49,651 bases of DNA from a virus (Duplodnaviria; Caudoviricetes). The notes below the pieces were generated by a model. That model was not told the DNA's origin and made no database searches. It was given only the letters and a program-made list of their open reading frames with translations. The translations under genes were made by a program, and so were the position numbers. The stretch spans positions 1-49,651 of the IMG/VR virus record IMGVR_UViG_3300025018_000200; one strand, given 5' to 3'. Below, one piece after another: positions 18,711 through 27,280 of this stretch; the first letter of the stretch is position 1; the number at the start of each line of letters is the position of its first letter.

Positions 18711-19759
18711 CAGCTGATCCTTACGAAGAGGGTCAGGCGGCTACGGGTGGTGGTGGTGGCGATCCCGACGTCGCCCATCGCTCGCCAGGTGCCCGAAAGG
18801 GTGCCGCCGGTCTTGACGACGTAGGCATCCCCGATCTGCGCGGTGGTCAGGGTCCCGATGTGCTGGACCCCGCCGCCTCGGATGGATGACCCCGAGTAGG
18901 TGCTGTTGTCGTCGATGTCCTTAGTGTCCAGCCCGCCGAAGATGTACGACCCGATGCTGTTGAAGGTCGTGTTCTGCGTCCAGGCGTGGGTGTGGCTAGT
19001 GCTCGTGACCGCGTTGGTCGACGAGGTGGTGACGGTGCCTGGGGTACCCAGCGTGAAGGTCCGGTTGGCGGTGAGGCTGCCCCCGCCCGTCAGCCCGTTG
19101 CCGGCCGTGAGCGTCCGATCCTGCCGGGTGGCGGCGGTGGTGGCGGTCCCCTGCGCGGCCAGGGTCAGGACCCCAGTGCCGCTCACCGCGAAGACGTCCG
19201 CGTTGGCAGCGTTCCGGTAGGCGAAGCGCCCGTTGGCCGCGTTGGCGCGGAGCAGGAAGCCGTTCGAGCTGTCCGCCGCGTTGCCCAGGTAGATGCGTTC
19301 TGCCCCGACAGCGTCCACGAGCCAGGCCGCCACGCCCGGCACCAGGCTGAGGGTCCGGTTGGCCGACAGGTCCCCGCCGCCGGAGAGCCAGGTCCCGGCG
19401 GTCAGCGTGCGGGTGGTGGGGACATACCCGCCCAGCAGGGTGTCGACCTCGCTCTCGGTGTAGTAGCGGTCGTCGTGGGTGTGCCCCGCCAGCGAGAACG
19501 CCGAGGAGCTGAGCCCGTCGAGCAGGTCAGCGTCGAGCCCGGAGCCCGCCCCGTCCACCGTCAGCAGGGCCGCCAGGATGGCAGCCGCCGACATGCTGGC
19601 CCCAGCGATCAGGCTGTCGACCTCGGTCTTCGTGTAGTAGGCCGTCAGGTCGACGTCGGCCGCCTCGGTGACCAGGTCGTAGAGCGCCTGGATCTCCTTG
19701 CGGACCTCGTCGACGGGCAGCTTGCCGTACCAGCTGTTGGCGAACAGGGGGACGCTCAT
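18710..19759 (-). CDS. Tail fibre protein
   Basis: DGAGSGLDADLLDG, HTHDDRYYTESE, repeated TAG(T/N)xL(S/T)GGGxLxANRT and GTWRAMG tip; followed by the chaperone. Confidence 0.85.
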   Translation of the reverse strand: MSVPLFANSWYGKLPVDEVRKEIQALYDLVTEAADVDLTAYYTKTEVDSLIAGASMSAAAILAALLTVDGAGSGLDADLLDGLSSSAFSLAGHTHDDRYYTESEVDTLLGGYVPTTRTLTAGTWLSGGGDLSANRTLSLVPGVAAWLVDAVGAERIYLGNAADSSNGFLLRANAANGRFAYRNAANADVFAVSGTGVLTLAAQGTATTAATRQDRTLTAGNGLTGGGSLTANRTFTLGTPGTVTTSSTNAVTSTSHTHAWTQNTTFNSIGSYIFGGLDTKDIDDNSTYSGSSIRGGGVQHIGTLTTAQIGDAYVVKTGGTLSGTWRAMGDVGIATTTTRSRLTLFVRIS

Positions 19760-20235
19760 TGGATCAGCCCCAGGAGTGCCTCGAGGAGGTCCCCGTAGCC
19801 CGGCATGAACTCGAGCGAGGGGTCATCCCCCAGCGTGGCGCGGAACTGGGGGAACTGCCGACGCTGGTCGTCCTCGGGCGTCCACATCCGGTTGAAGTCG
19901 ATGTCGTAGTCGCCCTGGCGCATGCGGTAGGGCTCGAAGGGCTCCCCGCCGGTCAGCGCGTAGGCTAGGTAGAAGGCCGGGCCGAGCGCCTCCATCTGGT
20001 CGATGTGGGCGAGCTCCTCGCGGTGGACGCTGGGGTCCGCCTCCCCCGTGTACCAGTAGCCCAGGGGGGAGGCCTGCCCGGCGATGCGGGCCGCAGAGGG
20101 GCCGGGGAGGTCTACGCCCTGCTCGGTGTAGATCCGGGGGTGGACCCCGAAGTCCAGCGTCGGGGGCGGGGAGTTGGGCCCGAACGGGATGCTCAGGCCA
20201 AGGTAGGCGGAGGCAAGAGCGACGCGAGGGTCCAT
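19756..20235 (-). CDS. Hypothetical protein with a zincin-like motif variant
   Basis: HREELAHIDQ...GPAFYLAY...EPFE. Confidence 0.6.
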   Translation of the reverse strand: MDPRVALASAYLGLSIPFGPNSPPPTLDFGVHPRIYTEQGVDLPGPSAARIAGQASPLGYWYTGEADPSVHREELAHIDQMEALGPAFYLAYALTGGEPFEPYRMRQGDYDIDFNRMWTPEDDQRRQFPQFRATLGDDPSLEFMPGYGDLLEALLGLIQ

Positions 20236-20238
20236 CGG

Positions 20239-20451
20239 TTACACCGGCTGGAACCAGGCCTGCCCAACGATCTCCGTTGTGGCCGGGGTCTTGTTGAACG
20301 CGAGGAGGAACAGGTTGTCGGAGTCCGACTTGTAGAAGGCGATGGCCCCGGCGACGACCGCCTGCTTGGCATCGAGCTGCGTCTGCAGGGCGCTGGTGTC
20401 GCCGCCGTCGCCGGTTGGGTCGGTTCCCAGGCTGATGACTTCGAGGGCCAT
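20239..20451 (-). CDS. Small tail-associated protein
   Basis: TSALQTQLDAKQAVVAG is shared with the repeats in 20470-21546; AAGGAGG RBS. Confidence 0.65.
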   Translation of the reverse strand: MALEVISLGTDPTGDGGDTSALQTQLDAKQAVVAGAIAFYKSDSDNLFLLAFNKTPATTEIVGQAWFQPV

Positions 20452-20469
20452 ACAGGCCTCCTTCTTGGG

Positions 20470-21546
20470 TTAGCTCAGGCGTTGGACGAGGCCGATCTGG
20501 CGGGTTGCGTTGGCGAGACCGATCCGGCTGAGGCAGCGGTACGTGCCCGCAGGCAGGTACCCGGTCGCCGAGATCTCGGCGAAGCCCTGGTTGAAGAGCG
20601 CGTTGGAGTCGAGGGACCCGACCGAGAACGTCGAGCCGTAGGAGAAGCTGTCCAGCGGCTGCGCGTCGATGAGCGTGGTGGAGAGCCGGACCACGGCGAC
20701 GTCGCCCACACGCATGGTGCTCCCAGCACCCTCGACGATGTTGGCCAGGGCCGCACCCGTGGCGAGCTTCGCCGCGGTCACCGCGTCGTCGGCGATGTTG
20801 GTGGTCCCAACGGCGCCCGCGGCGGTGGAGAGCTTGCCGCTGAACTGCGTCTGGATCGCCGAGGTGACCCCGCCCAGGTACCCAAGCTCTGTTGAGGTGA
20901 CCGCAGACGCAGTAACCGCCCCGGACCCGTTGGAGATGACGGCCCGGTTGGCGGTCAGCGTGAGCGCGCCCTCCTTCGAGTTGAGCTGGGTCTGGATGTC
21001 GGACGTCACGTTCGCCAGGTAACCGATCTCCGTGTCGGAGACCCCGGCGACCACCGCCTGCTTGGCGTTCAGCTGGTTCTGGATATTGGAGGAGACGCCC
21101 TGCAACGTGAGAGCTTCCGCCTCGGTGACAGCGACACTCTTGAGGGTCTCGTCGGTGTCGGTGAAGACCATCAGGTCGCCCAGGGTGCCGTCCCCAACCA
21201 CATGGTAGGAGCCGCTCGGCTGCTTGCCGTCTAGCTGCGTCTGCAGGGCGCTGGTGACCCCATTGAGGTACCCGAACTCGGTGTCAGAGACCGTGCCCGC
21301 GCCGATCTTGGCCGCGTCGATCCCGGCCGCTAGCTTGGCGCTCGTGACCGCCAGGTCCTGGATCTTGGCGGTGGCGACGGACAGGGCCCCGAGCTTGTTC
21401 TCGGTGACGGCCCCGTTCGCCAAGTTGGCTGCGTCCACCAGCCCGTTCAGCAGCGTGGAGATCGCGGTGAAGTTGGCGTTCATCTCCGAGGACAGGATCG
21501 TCCCGCCCGGAGCGAACGAGGGGTAGGGGATGGTCAGGGTGGGCAA
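20470..21546 (-). CDS. Tail fibre/spike protein
   Basis: N-terminal FAPGGTILSSEMNANF anchor, AVTxAK(L/I) repeats, four or five TExxYLxGVTSxIQTQL repeats, GTYRC tip. Confidence 0.75.
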   Translation of the reverse strand: MPTLTIPYPSFAPGGTILSSEMNANFTAISTLLNGLVDAANLANGAVTENKLGALSVATAKIQDLAVTSAKLAAGIDAAKIGAGTVSDTEFGYLNGVTSALQTQLDGKQPSGSYHVVGDGTLGDLMVFTDTDETLKSVAVTEAEALTLQGVSSNIQNQLNAKQAVVAGVSDTEIGYLANVTSDIQTQLNSKEGALTLTANRAVISNGSGAVTASAVTSTELGYLGGVTSAIQTQFSGKLSTAAGAVGTTNIADDAVTAAKLATGAALANIVEGAGSTMRVGDVAVVRLSTTLIDAQPLDSFSYGSTFSVGSLDSNALFNQGFAEISATGYLPAGTYRCLSRIGLANATRQIGLVQRLS

Positions 21547-21554
21547 GGTCTACC

Positions 21555-23333
21555 TCACTGGCCGAGGAAGCGGTTGGCTTCCCGGTACTCGAAGGTGATG
21601 GGAGAGACCACCTCCGTCTGGGAGGGGACCTCTGCCGTGATCGTCACCTGCATGGTGTGCCCGAATAGGGTCTGAGCAGGCAGGGCGCCGATGAAGTATT
21701 GCAGGCCCTCAGCGGCCCACACGTCCGTGCCCCAGACCGCCGACCCCCACTCGCCCCCGACCGCGTCCGAGGTGGCCTCAAGGGGCACCGTCGTGCTGCG
21801 ACCGGAATCGGAGATGGTGATCGTGACGAGCCCGGCCGAGCCGATGGAGGCGAACGCGCCCAGGCGGCGGAAGAACTTGACCAGCTCGGGGTTGGTCAGC
21901 TGGAAGATCTTGGAGCGCCACAGGATGCTGATGTCGGCGCCCAAGTCGTTCACGGTTCCGTAGGTGTTCACGTATCGTGAACTCCCGGCGTCCGTGAACA
22001 GCGGGTAGCTGAGCCCGTCGATCCCGTTGGGGGCCCACTGGGTGCTGCCGAAGTCGTAGTGGCTGATCGCTCGGTTGGGGAGGTGGACCGTGTAGGTCCC
22101 GTCCGGGGACGAGATCCACAACGCCCGCTCCTCCGGGACGTAGAGCAGGGTCATCTGCTCGATGTCCGCTACCGACATCGCCGCGAAGACCCGGTCGAGC
22201 TTGGGGGCCACCCGCTGCCCGCCGGGGATCGTCTTCACCCCGTCGTAGTCCAGGTAGACCAGCGCCCCGTCAACCTCGGCGAAGGCCCGACCGTTCACGA
22301 TTCCCGAATCGACGTCAGTCCGGCTCAGGGACCAGCCGAGCCCCGTGTTGGGGGTCCCGCCGGACCCGGCGAGGAGCACGATGTTCCGCCGGCCGAAGAT
22401 GATCAGGGTGTCCTGGAAGGACGCCAGGGCCCGGATGGTGTCGTTCCCCTCGAAGGGGACCTGGGTGAAGTCCAGCGTCGGCCACGACTCGGGCGCGTAG
22501 GCCCGGGACCAGTACAGCGTGTCGCCGATGCTCCCGAACATGAAGCCCTTGACGAACGCCATGTGCTCGAAGTTGCCGGGGGCCCCGTTGTCGTAGCGGA
22601 GGGGGAGGAGCGGGTTCCCGGTGAGCGACCCGTCGTCCGCGTAGGACGAGGTGGCGATGGCGATGGTGGTGAGCAGGTAGTGCGTCCCGCCCCCGGGGTC
22701 GGTGCGGTAGATCCGCTTCTGGTCCGCTCGAGCGTGCGTCGTGGGGAGCCCCGTGACGTCGACGATCTGCGAGCTGGGGGTGATCTGGGCCGAGATCGGG
22801 CTGGGGTCGCTCTCCACCCCGGTCGTGCTGTCGTAGTAGGTGTAGGCGTAGGAGACGGTCCCGGTCAAGCTGCCGGCGCCGCCCAACGCCACCGTGGGGG
22901 CGGTCGTGGGGGCGTCGATGCCCATCTGGCGGGCGTCCGTGCCGTCGTAGAGCACCGGGCGGTCGGTCCCGTTGAAGTAGACGAGCTCGTCTTGCACCGG
23001 GAGGAACCGTCCCCCCACCGTGGTGCTGAGCCCCGAGAGCTCCGAGGGGTACCCGGTCTCGACCGTGACCAGGTTGCCGCTCGCCAAGTGGGCGACGATC
23101 TTGCCCCCCGACGTCTGCCCCTTGGGCAGCCAGCGACCGATGGCCAGGATGTCTGAGCCCGCGTCCTCGTCCAGGTAGCGCCCGTAGCCGCGCCGGGAGA
23201 CCAGGGACCCGAGCCGGTCGAGGCGGATGTTCGAGATCTCGGTCGCCTCGTTGTCGGCGATCAGGACCGGGTTCGAGTCGGGGTTCAGGCCCCCGGAGAG
23301 GTCCGTGATACGGAAGAACTGCCGCTTTGCCAC
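21555..23333 (-). CDS. Tail nozzle/stabilisation protein (P22 gp10 / tubular protein B position)
   Basis: Start GTG at 23333 (VAKRQFFRITDLSGGLN...NIRLDRLGSLVSRRG); beta-rich; LYWSRAYAPESWP. Confidence 0.75.
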   Translation of the reverse strand: MAKRQFFRITDLSGGLNPDSNPVLIADNEATEISNIRLDRLGSLVSRRGYGRYLDEDAGSDILAIGRWLPKGQTSGGKIVAHLASGNLVTVETGYPSELSGLSTTVGGRFLPVQDELVYFNGTDRPVLYDGTDARQMGIDAPTTAPTVALGGAGSLTGTVSYAYTYYDSTTGVESDPSPISAQITPSSQIVDVTGLPTTHARADQKRIYRTDPGGGTHYLLTTIAIATSSYADDGSLTGNPLLPLRYDNGAPGNFEHMAFVKGFMFGSIGDTLYWSRAYAPESWPTLDFTQVPFEGNDTIRALASFQDTLIIFGRRNIVLLAGSGGTPNTGLGWSLSRTDVDSGIVNGRAFAEVDGALVYLDYDGVKTIPGGQRVAPKLDRVFAAMSVADIEQMTLLYVPEERALWISSPDGTYTVHLPNRAISHYDFGSTQWAPNGIDGLSYPLFTDAGSSRYVNTYGTVNDLGADISILWRSKIFQLTNPELVKFFRRLGAFASIGSAGLVTITISDSGRSTTVPLEATSDAVGGEWGSAVWGTDVWAAEGLQYFIGALPAQTLFGHTMQVTITAEVPSQTEVVSPITFEYREANRFLGQ

Positions 23334-23334
23334 G

Positions 23335-24153
23335 TCACCTCCGGGGGTACAGCATGCGGAACTCCTCGTCCGTGTAGACGTTCGACGGGCGGAAGGCATC
23401 GCGGTTGTAGAACGCGATCTCGTCGGCCGCCGCCGATTGCCGGTTGACCGCGCCCATGTTGGCCGGGTACCGGACGGCGTCGATGCCGGCCTGCGCCGGG
23501 ATTCCGCCCAGGTCCGTACCGTAGCGGGCGGCCAGGTCGCGGAAGAGCTCGACCATGTCCATCTCACCGGCCTGCACCCGAGCCAAGGACTGGGCGACCA
23601 TCGGGTCGGCCATGTCCAGGTGCGGGATCATCCGCTGGAGCAGGTCGGCGGTGTCGAAGGCAGGGTCCGTCAGGTCGACGAACCCGCCGGGGCGTGCAGA
23701 GACGGTGCCCTCGATCACCCGGGTGCCGGGGAAGGCAAGAGCGCGTGCGGTCGCTGGGTCCACGCTGGCGTACCGGACGTCCCCTGCCACCCCCGCCATC
23801 GGGCCGGCGCCGGACGGCAGCTCAGCTCGGAAGGCGCGGAGCGGGGTGCCCGCGTCGGTCGCTCGGACCACGTCGCGTGCGGTGTCAGCCGCCCGGAGCC
23901 CGGAGGCGAGCTCCCCGGGGCCAGGCAGGACCGCCCCGAACCCCAGCCCGAGGAGGGCCGACGCCCACGGGGGCAGGCCGGCGTTCTCGAAGGGCTGGGA
24001 GAGGGGCATCTGCGGGTCGTAGCTGTAGTCGCCCTGGGGGTTGCCGATCCGGTTGGCCTGGTTCAGCCCGTTGGCGAAGACCCCGTCGAGCAGGCCCATC
24101 AGCTGGTTGAAGATCTCCTGGTTCGCTCGAGCCGAGCTGGGCCCGGGGAGCAT
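23335..24153 (-). CDS. Putative ADP-ribosyltransferase-fold protein
   Basis: PLRAFRAE...RYASVDPATARALA...GTRVIE...AGIDAVRY...DEIAFY follows the strand order of ART domains. Confidence 0.5.
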   Translation of the reverse strand: MLPGPSSARANQEIFNQLMGLLDGVFANGLNQANRIGNPQGDYSYDPQMPLSQPFENAGLPPWASALLGLGFGAVLPGPGELASGLRAADTARDVVRATDAGTPLRAFRAELPSGAGPMAGVAGDVRYASVDPATARALAFPGTRVIEGTVSARPGGFVDLTDPAFDTADLLQRMIPHLDMADPMVAQSLARVQAGEMDMVELFRDLAARYGTDLGGIPAQAGIDAVRYPANMGAVNRQSAAADEIAFYNRDAFRPSNVYTDEEFRMLYPRR

Positions 24154-26069
24154 CAGAAGCCGCCTTGCAGCATCTCGAGGAGACGCATGTTGCCTTCGCC
24201 TTCCTCGTCCTCCCCAGAGCCCTGGGGGGTGGCCGCTGCGAGCATGCGAGCTGCCCGGCGCCGGAGATCGTCGGTGGTGTCATGCCCCATGATGTGCGAG
24301 ATCGGGGCCTCGCCGACGTAGAAGCGGCGGATGGCCTCCGTGGGGGAGACCCCCGCCTCGCCCGCGTACCGGTGGATCCCGTTCAGGAACACCTGCCGGA
24401 AGGACTCCGGGTCCATGACCGTGCCGGCCCCCACCCAGACCGCCGCCTGGAAGTCGCGGGGGGTGACCCCCAGCTCCCGAGCGAACTCAGCAGCAGCGTC
24501 AGCGAGGGCGGTGTACGCCACCCCAGAGGGCGGCGGAGAGGCCCGGTTCCCCAGATCGTCGAGCATCATGCGAGGCATCCAGCGGTCGGCGGTGAACGGG
24601 TCCCCCATCCCCTGCAGGTCGCTGGTGTAGTTGCCGCTCTTCAGGGCCTCAGCGCTGAACGGGGAGGCCCCGGCGTCGAAGCGAGAGAGCGGGGGGACCT
24701 GTGCCGAGGACCAGGTCATGGCCCCCAGCCCAGGGGGCAGGTCCTCGAGCTTGATCGAGCTGGGAGGAACCCCGTTGGCGAGTTGGTACCAGAGCCAGCT
24801 GGCACGCTTCGTCTGCGCGGGCACCGAGGAGCCGGCCGAGGCCACCCCCTCGATCTCCATCAGCATGTCGAAGAGCGTGCGCCCCACGACCGGGTCGTCG
24901 AAAGCCTCGACCGTGAGGTCCAGGATCTCCTGGTTGTCGTACCAGCGGACAGCGCCCTGAGCGCGTCCGGCCTCGAACATGCGGAAGGTGGTGGCCTTGT
25001 TCGCCTCGATGGACTCGCGGAGCGCGTCGTACGTCGCCTGCGAGCCACGGGTCTGCGGGCGGGGGAGGACCATCCCGCTGCCGGAGCGCTCCCACTGCGC
25101 GGGGTCGAAGCCCAGCGCCGCGAGGGTGCTGACGTCGCGCCGGATGGCGTCGAAGCGGGGGTGCCCGGTGATCGTGGAGGGGATGTTGGCCGCCTCGAAG
25201 CGGGCCGCCTCCACCGGGTCGACCGCGCCCCGGACGATGCCGGTGGAGATGGCCTCCCGGTTGGCAACGTCCCAGATCGCCAGCTGGTTCATGTCCCGAG
25301 CCACGGTGATCGCGGTCTCTCGGTCGGGGATGACGCGGGAGACGTCCAGGTAGCCCCGGCCCTCCTCCGCGTTCAGCCAGCCGCCCAGGAGCGCCCCGGG
25401 CTGCTCGAGGATGTCTTCGGTCTTGGCCACGTAGGCCGAGATGACCTCGGGCCCCATGAGCCGGGTGTCGAGCGCCACCTCGTCCCCGTACCCCCCGACC
25501 GTGAAGCCGCCCTCAGCGGCGGCCATCTCCCCGGTGCGCGGGTCGTAGGAGAACCCGCCGCTGGTGGGGTTGGCCCGGCTCGCGGGGCGTCGCACGAGGT
25601 CGGAGAGGACCTCCATGACATCGTCCCCCTGCCGGATGGCGCCGAGCACGTCGCCAGCGCCGGAGACCAGCCCGGGAAGCGCACGGACCCCGGAGGCGAT
25701 CCCCTGGGCCATGTCCGCCGCCCCGCCGCCGGGGGAGACGATCCCGCCCACCAGACGCTCGCCCAGGGAGGCGTCAGCGTACGGGCTCTCGTAGCCCTGG
25801 TGGTTCAGGAAGGCGGTCTGCGCCGCGTCGAGGATGGCCTCGAAGCCGCCCCTGGTGTCGGCGCCCCGGATCTGCCTGGTGCCGGCGATCCCGAAGTCGT
25901 CGAGGAGGTCCAGGTAGCTGGCCGCCTCGCCCCAGGTGAGGTCAGGGGTTCCGGTCTGGGCAGCCTGGAAGGGCATGGGGAGGCTTGGGGTGCCACCCCG
26001 CCCGCCGGACGAGCCCTGGGGAGAACCCCCACCCCCCAGCAGGGAACGTAGGAGCTCCATCAGATCCAT
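24153..26069 (-). CDS. Multidomain protein with a C-terminal HhH-glycosylase-like (DUF7178-like) domain
   Basis: RWYD...KSGNY...FTADRWM...AY...LGVTPRDFQAAVWVG; middle domain GGFSYDP...LGGW...YLDVS...NQLAIWD. Confidence 0.55.
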   Translation of the reverse strand: MDLMELLRSLLGGGGSPQGSSGGRGGTPSLPMPFQAAQTGTPDLTWGEAASYLDLLDDFGIAGTRQIRGADTRGGFEAILDAAQTAFLNHQGYESPYADASLGERLVGGIVSPGGGAADMAQGIASGVRALPGLVSGAGDVLGAIRQGDDVMEVLSDLVRRPASRANPTSGGFSYDPRTGEMAAAEGGFTVGGYGDEVALDTRLMGPEVISAYVAKTEDILEQPGALLGGWLNAEEGRGYLDVSRVIPDRETAITVARDMNQLAIWDVANREAISTGIVRGAVDPVEAARFEAANIPSTITGHPRFDAIRRDVSTLAALGFDPAQWERSGSGMVLPRPQTRGSQATYDALRESIEANKATTFRMFEAGRAQGAVRWYDNQEILDLTVEAFDDPVVGRTLFDMLMEIEGVASAGSSVPAQTKRASWLWYQLANGVPPSSIKLEDLPPGLGAMTWSSAQVPPLSRFDAGASPFSAEALKSGNYTSDLQGMGDPFTADRWMPRMMLDDLGNRASPPPSGVAYTALADAAAEFARELGVTPRDFQAAVWVGAGTVMDPESFRQVFLNGIHRYAGEAGVSPTEAIRRFYVGEAPISHIMGHDTTDDLRRRAARMLAAATPQGSGEDEEGEGNMRLLEMLQGGF

Positions 26070-26350
26070 CAGCGACCCCCGCGCTGAAGCAGCCGCGCGA
26101 TGTTCTGGAGGACGGTGTCGGGGATCAGAGGGAACTCCCGCTCCTGGGCGGGCGCTTCACGGTAGAAGCCCCGGTCCTCCCAGGGGGACTGGCTCTGGAT
26201 GATGGGCATGTTGCTGGTGAAGCCACCTTCCCTGGGGGGTTGCAGGAAGCCAGGAACCCGCTCATTGGCGGGGGCCGAGGGGCGAGACTGTAGCTGGGTC
26301 GCCATCTCGAGAAGGCGTCGGAGCGTCTCAAAGTCCAGGCCCGGTCCCAT
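26069..26350 (-). CDS. Hypothetical protein
   Basis: TGATG coupling on both sides. Confidence 0.6.
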   Translation of the reverse strand: MGPGLDFETLRRLLEMATQLQSRPSAPANERVPGFLQPPREGGFTSNMPIIQSQSPWEDRGFYREAPAQEREFPLIPDTVLQNIARLLQRGGR

Positions 26351-26619
26351 CAGCTACCCCTGGGCCGGCCGCCCATGCCGCCGAATGGGGCCCCCGCCCC
26401 GCCCTGCACGGCGTTCTGCGACTGCTGGCCCGACTGCTGCATCTGGAGCATCTGCGCCATCTGGTGGAGCTGGGCCATCTGCTGCATCTCGGGCGACATC
26501 TGCATCGTCGAGGAGGGGATCCCCGTCGGGGGCAGCCCGCTAGGCACGTTGCCTGCCGGCTGGTCCGGGGACTGCGTCAGCATCTGCATGATCATGTCGA
26601 GCAGGGCGTTCAGGTCCAC
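26350..26619 (-). CDS. Gln/Met-rich low-complexity protein
   Basis: GTG start after AGGAGG; QMAQ repeats. Confidence 0.65.
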   Translation of the reverse strand: MDLNALLDMIMQMLTQSPDQPAGNVPSGLPPTGIPSSTMQMSPEMQQMAQLHQMAQMLQMQQSGQQSQNAVQGGAGAPFGGMGGRPRGS

Positions 26620-26620
26620 G

Positions 26621-27280
26621 TCAGTCCTCCTGTGTGGGCCAGACGCCCGGCTTCCACTGCGGGCTCGAGCGGACGAAGTGCCGCATCAGCCGCTCCTGCT
26701 TCTCGTAGAGGTCCTGGAAGGCGCCAGCGATCTGCGGGGCCCGGGCCAGGGTGAGCACGAACGCCACCTTGTAGGCCAGCGCGGGAGCGAACCGGTTCAG
26801 CGAGCGGATCCCGTTGAAGGGGACGTCCGCTTCCGTGGCCAGCTCGTCGGGCTCCACCAGGTAGGGGAGCTTCAGGGTCCCGTCGGCGTCCGGGGTCGGG
26901 TAGACGGTGATCTCCCCGCCGCGCACGAACAGGTGGGTCGGGGAGCCCGTCTGCAGGTCCTCGTCCTGCCAGCCGGGCAGGATCCGGTCCAGGTAGGCCG
27001 GCTCGACCACCTGGAGCTTGTAGTAGGTGCCCCCGGAGTCCACGAACTGGGGGGCCTCCCTGTCGAAGTCGAGGAAGTCGGCCGGGAGCGTGTAGGTACG
27101 CGTGCCGGAGACCACCGCGATGTCCGAGCTGGATGCGATGGCCCGCGTCTCGTGGTTGAGCTCCCGCTGGGCCTGGTTGAAGAGGTCCAGGCGGGTCGAG
27201 ATGTTGTAGAAGGAGCCAGGCGCCTCAGCGATCAGCTCCTGAACGTGGTCCAGAAGGCGGCCTACCGTCCACTCAGCCAT
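26621..27280 (-). CDS. Head-tail adaptor (tubular protein A-like) 2
   Basis: LFNQAQREL, YTLPADF, VYPTPD and ALAYKVA pattern; located after the capsid genes. Confidence 0.7.
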   Translation of the reverse strand: MAEWTVGRLLDHVQELIAEAPGSFYNISTRLDLFNQAQRELNHETRAIASSSDIAVVSGTRTYTLPADFLDFDREAPQFVDSGGTYYKLQVVEPAYLDRILPGWQDEDLQTGSPTHLFVRGGEITVYPTPDADGTLKLPYLVEPDELATEADVPFNGIRSLNRFAPALAYKVAFVLTLARAPQIAGAFQDLYEKQERLMRHFVRSSPQWKPGVWPTQED

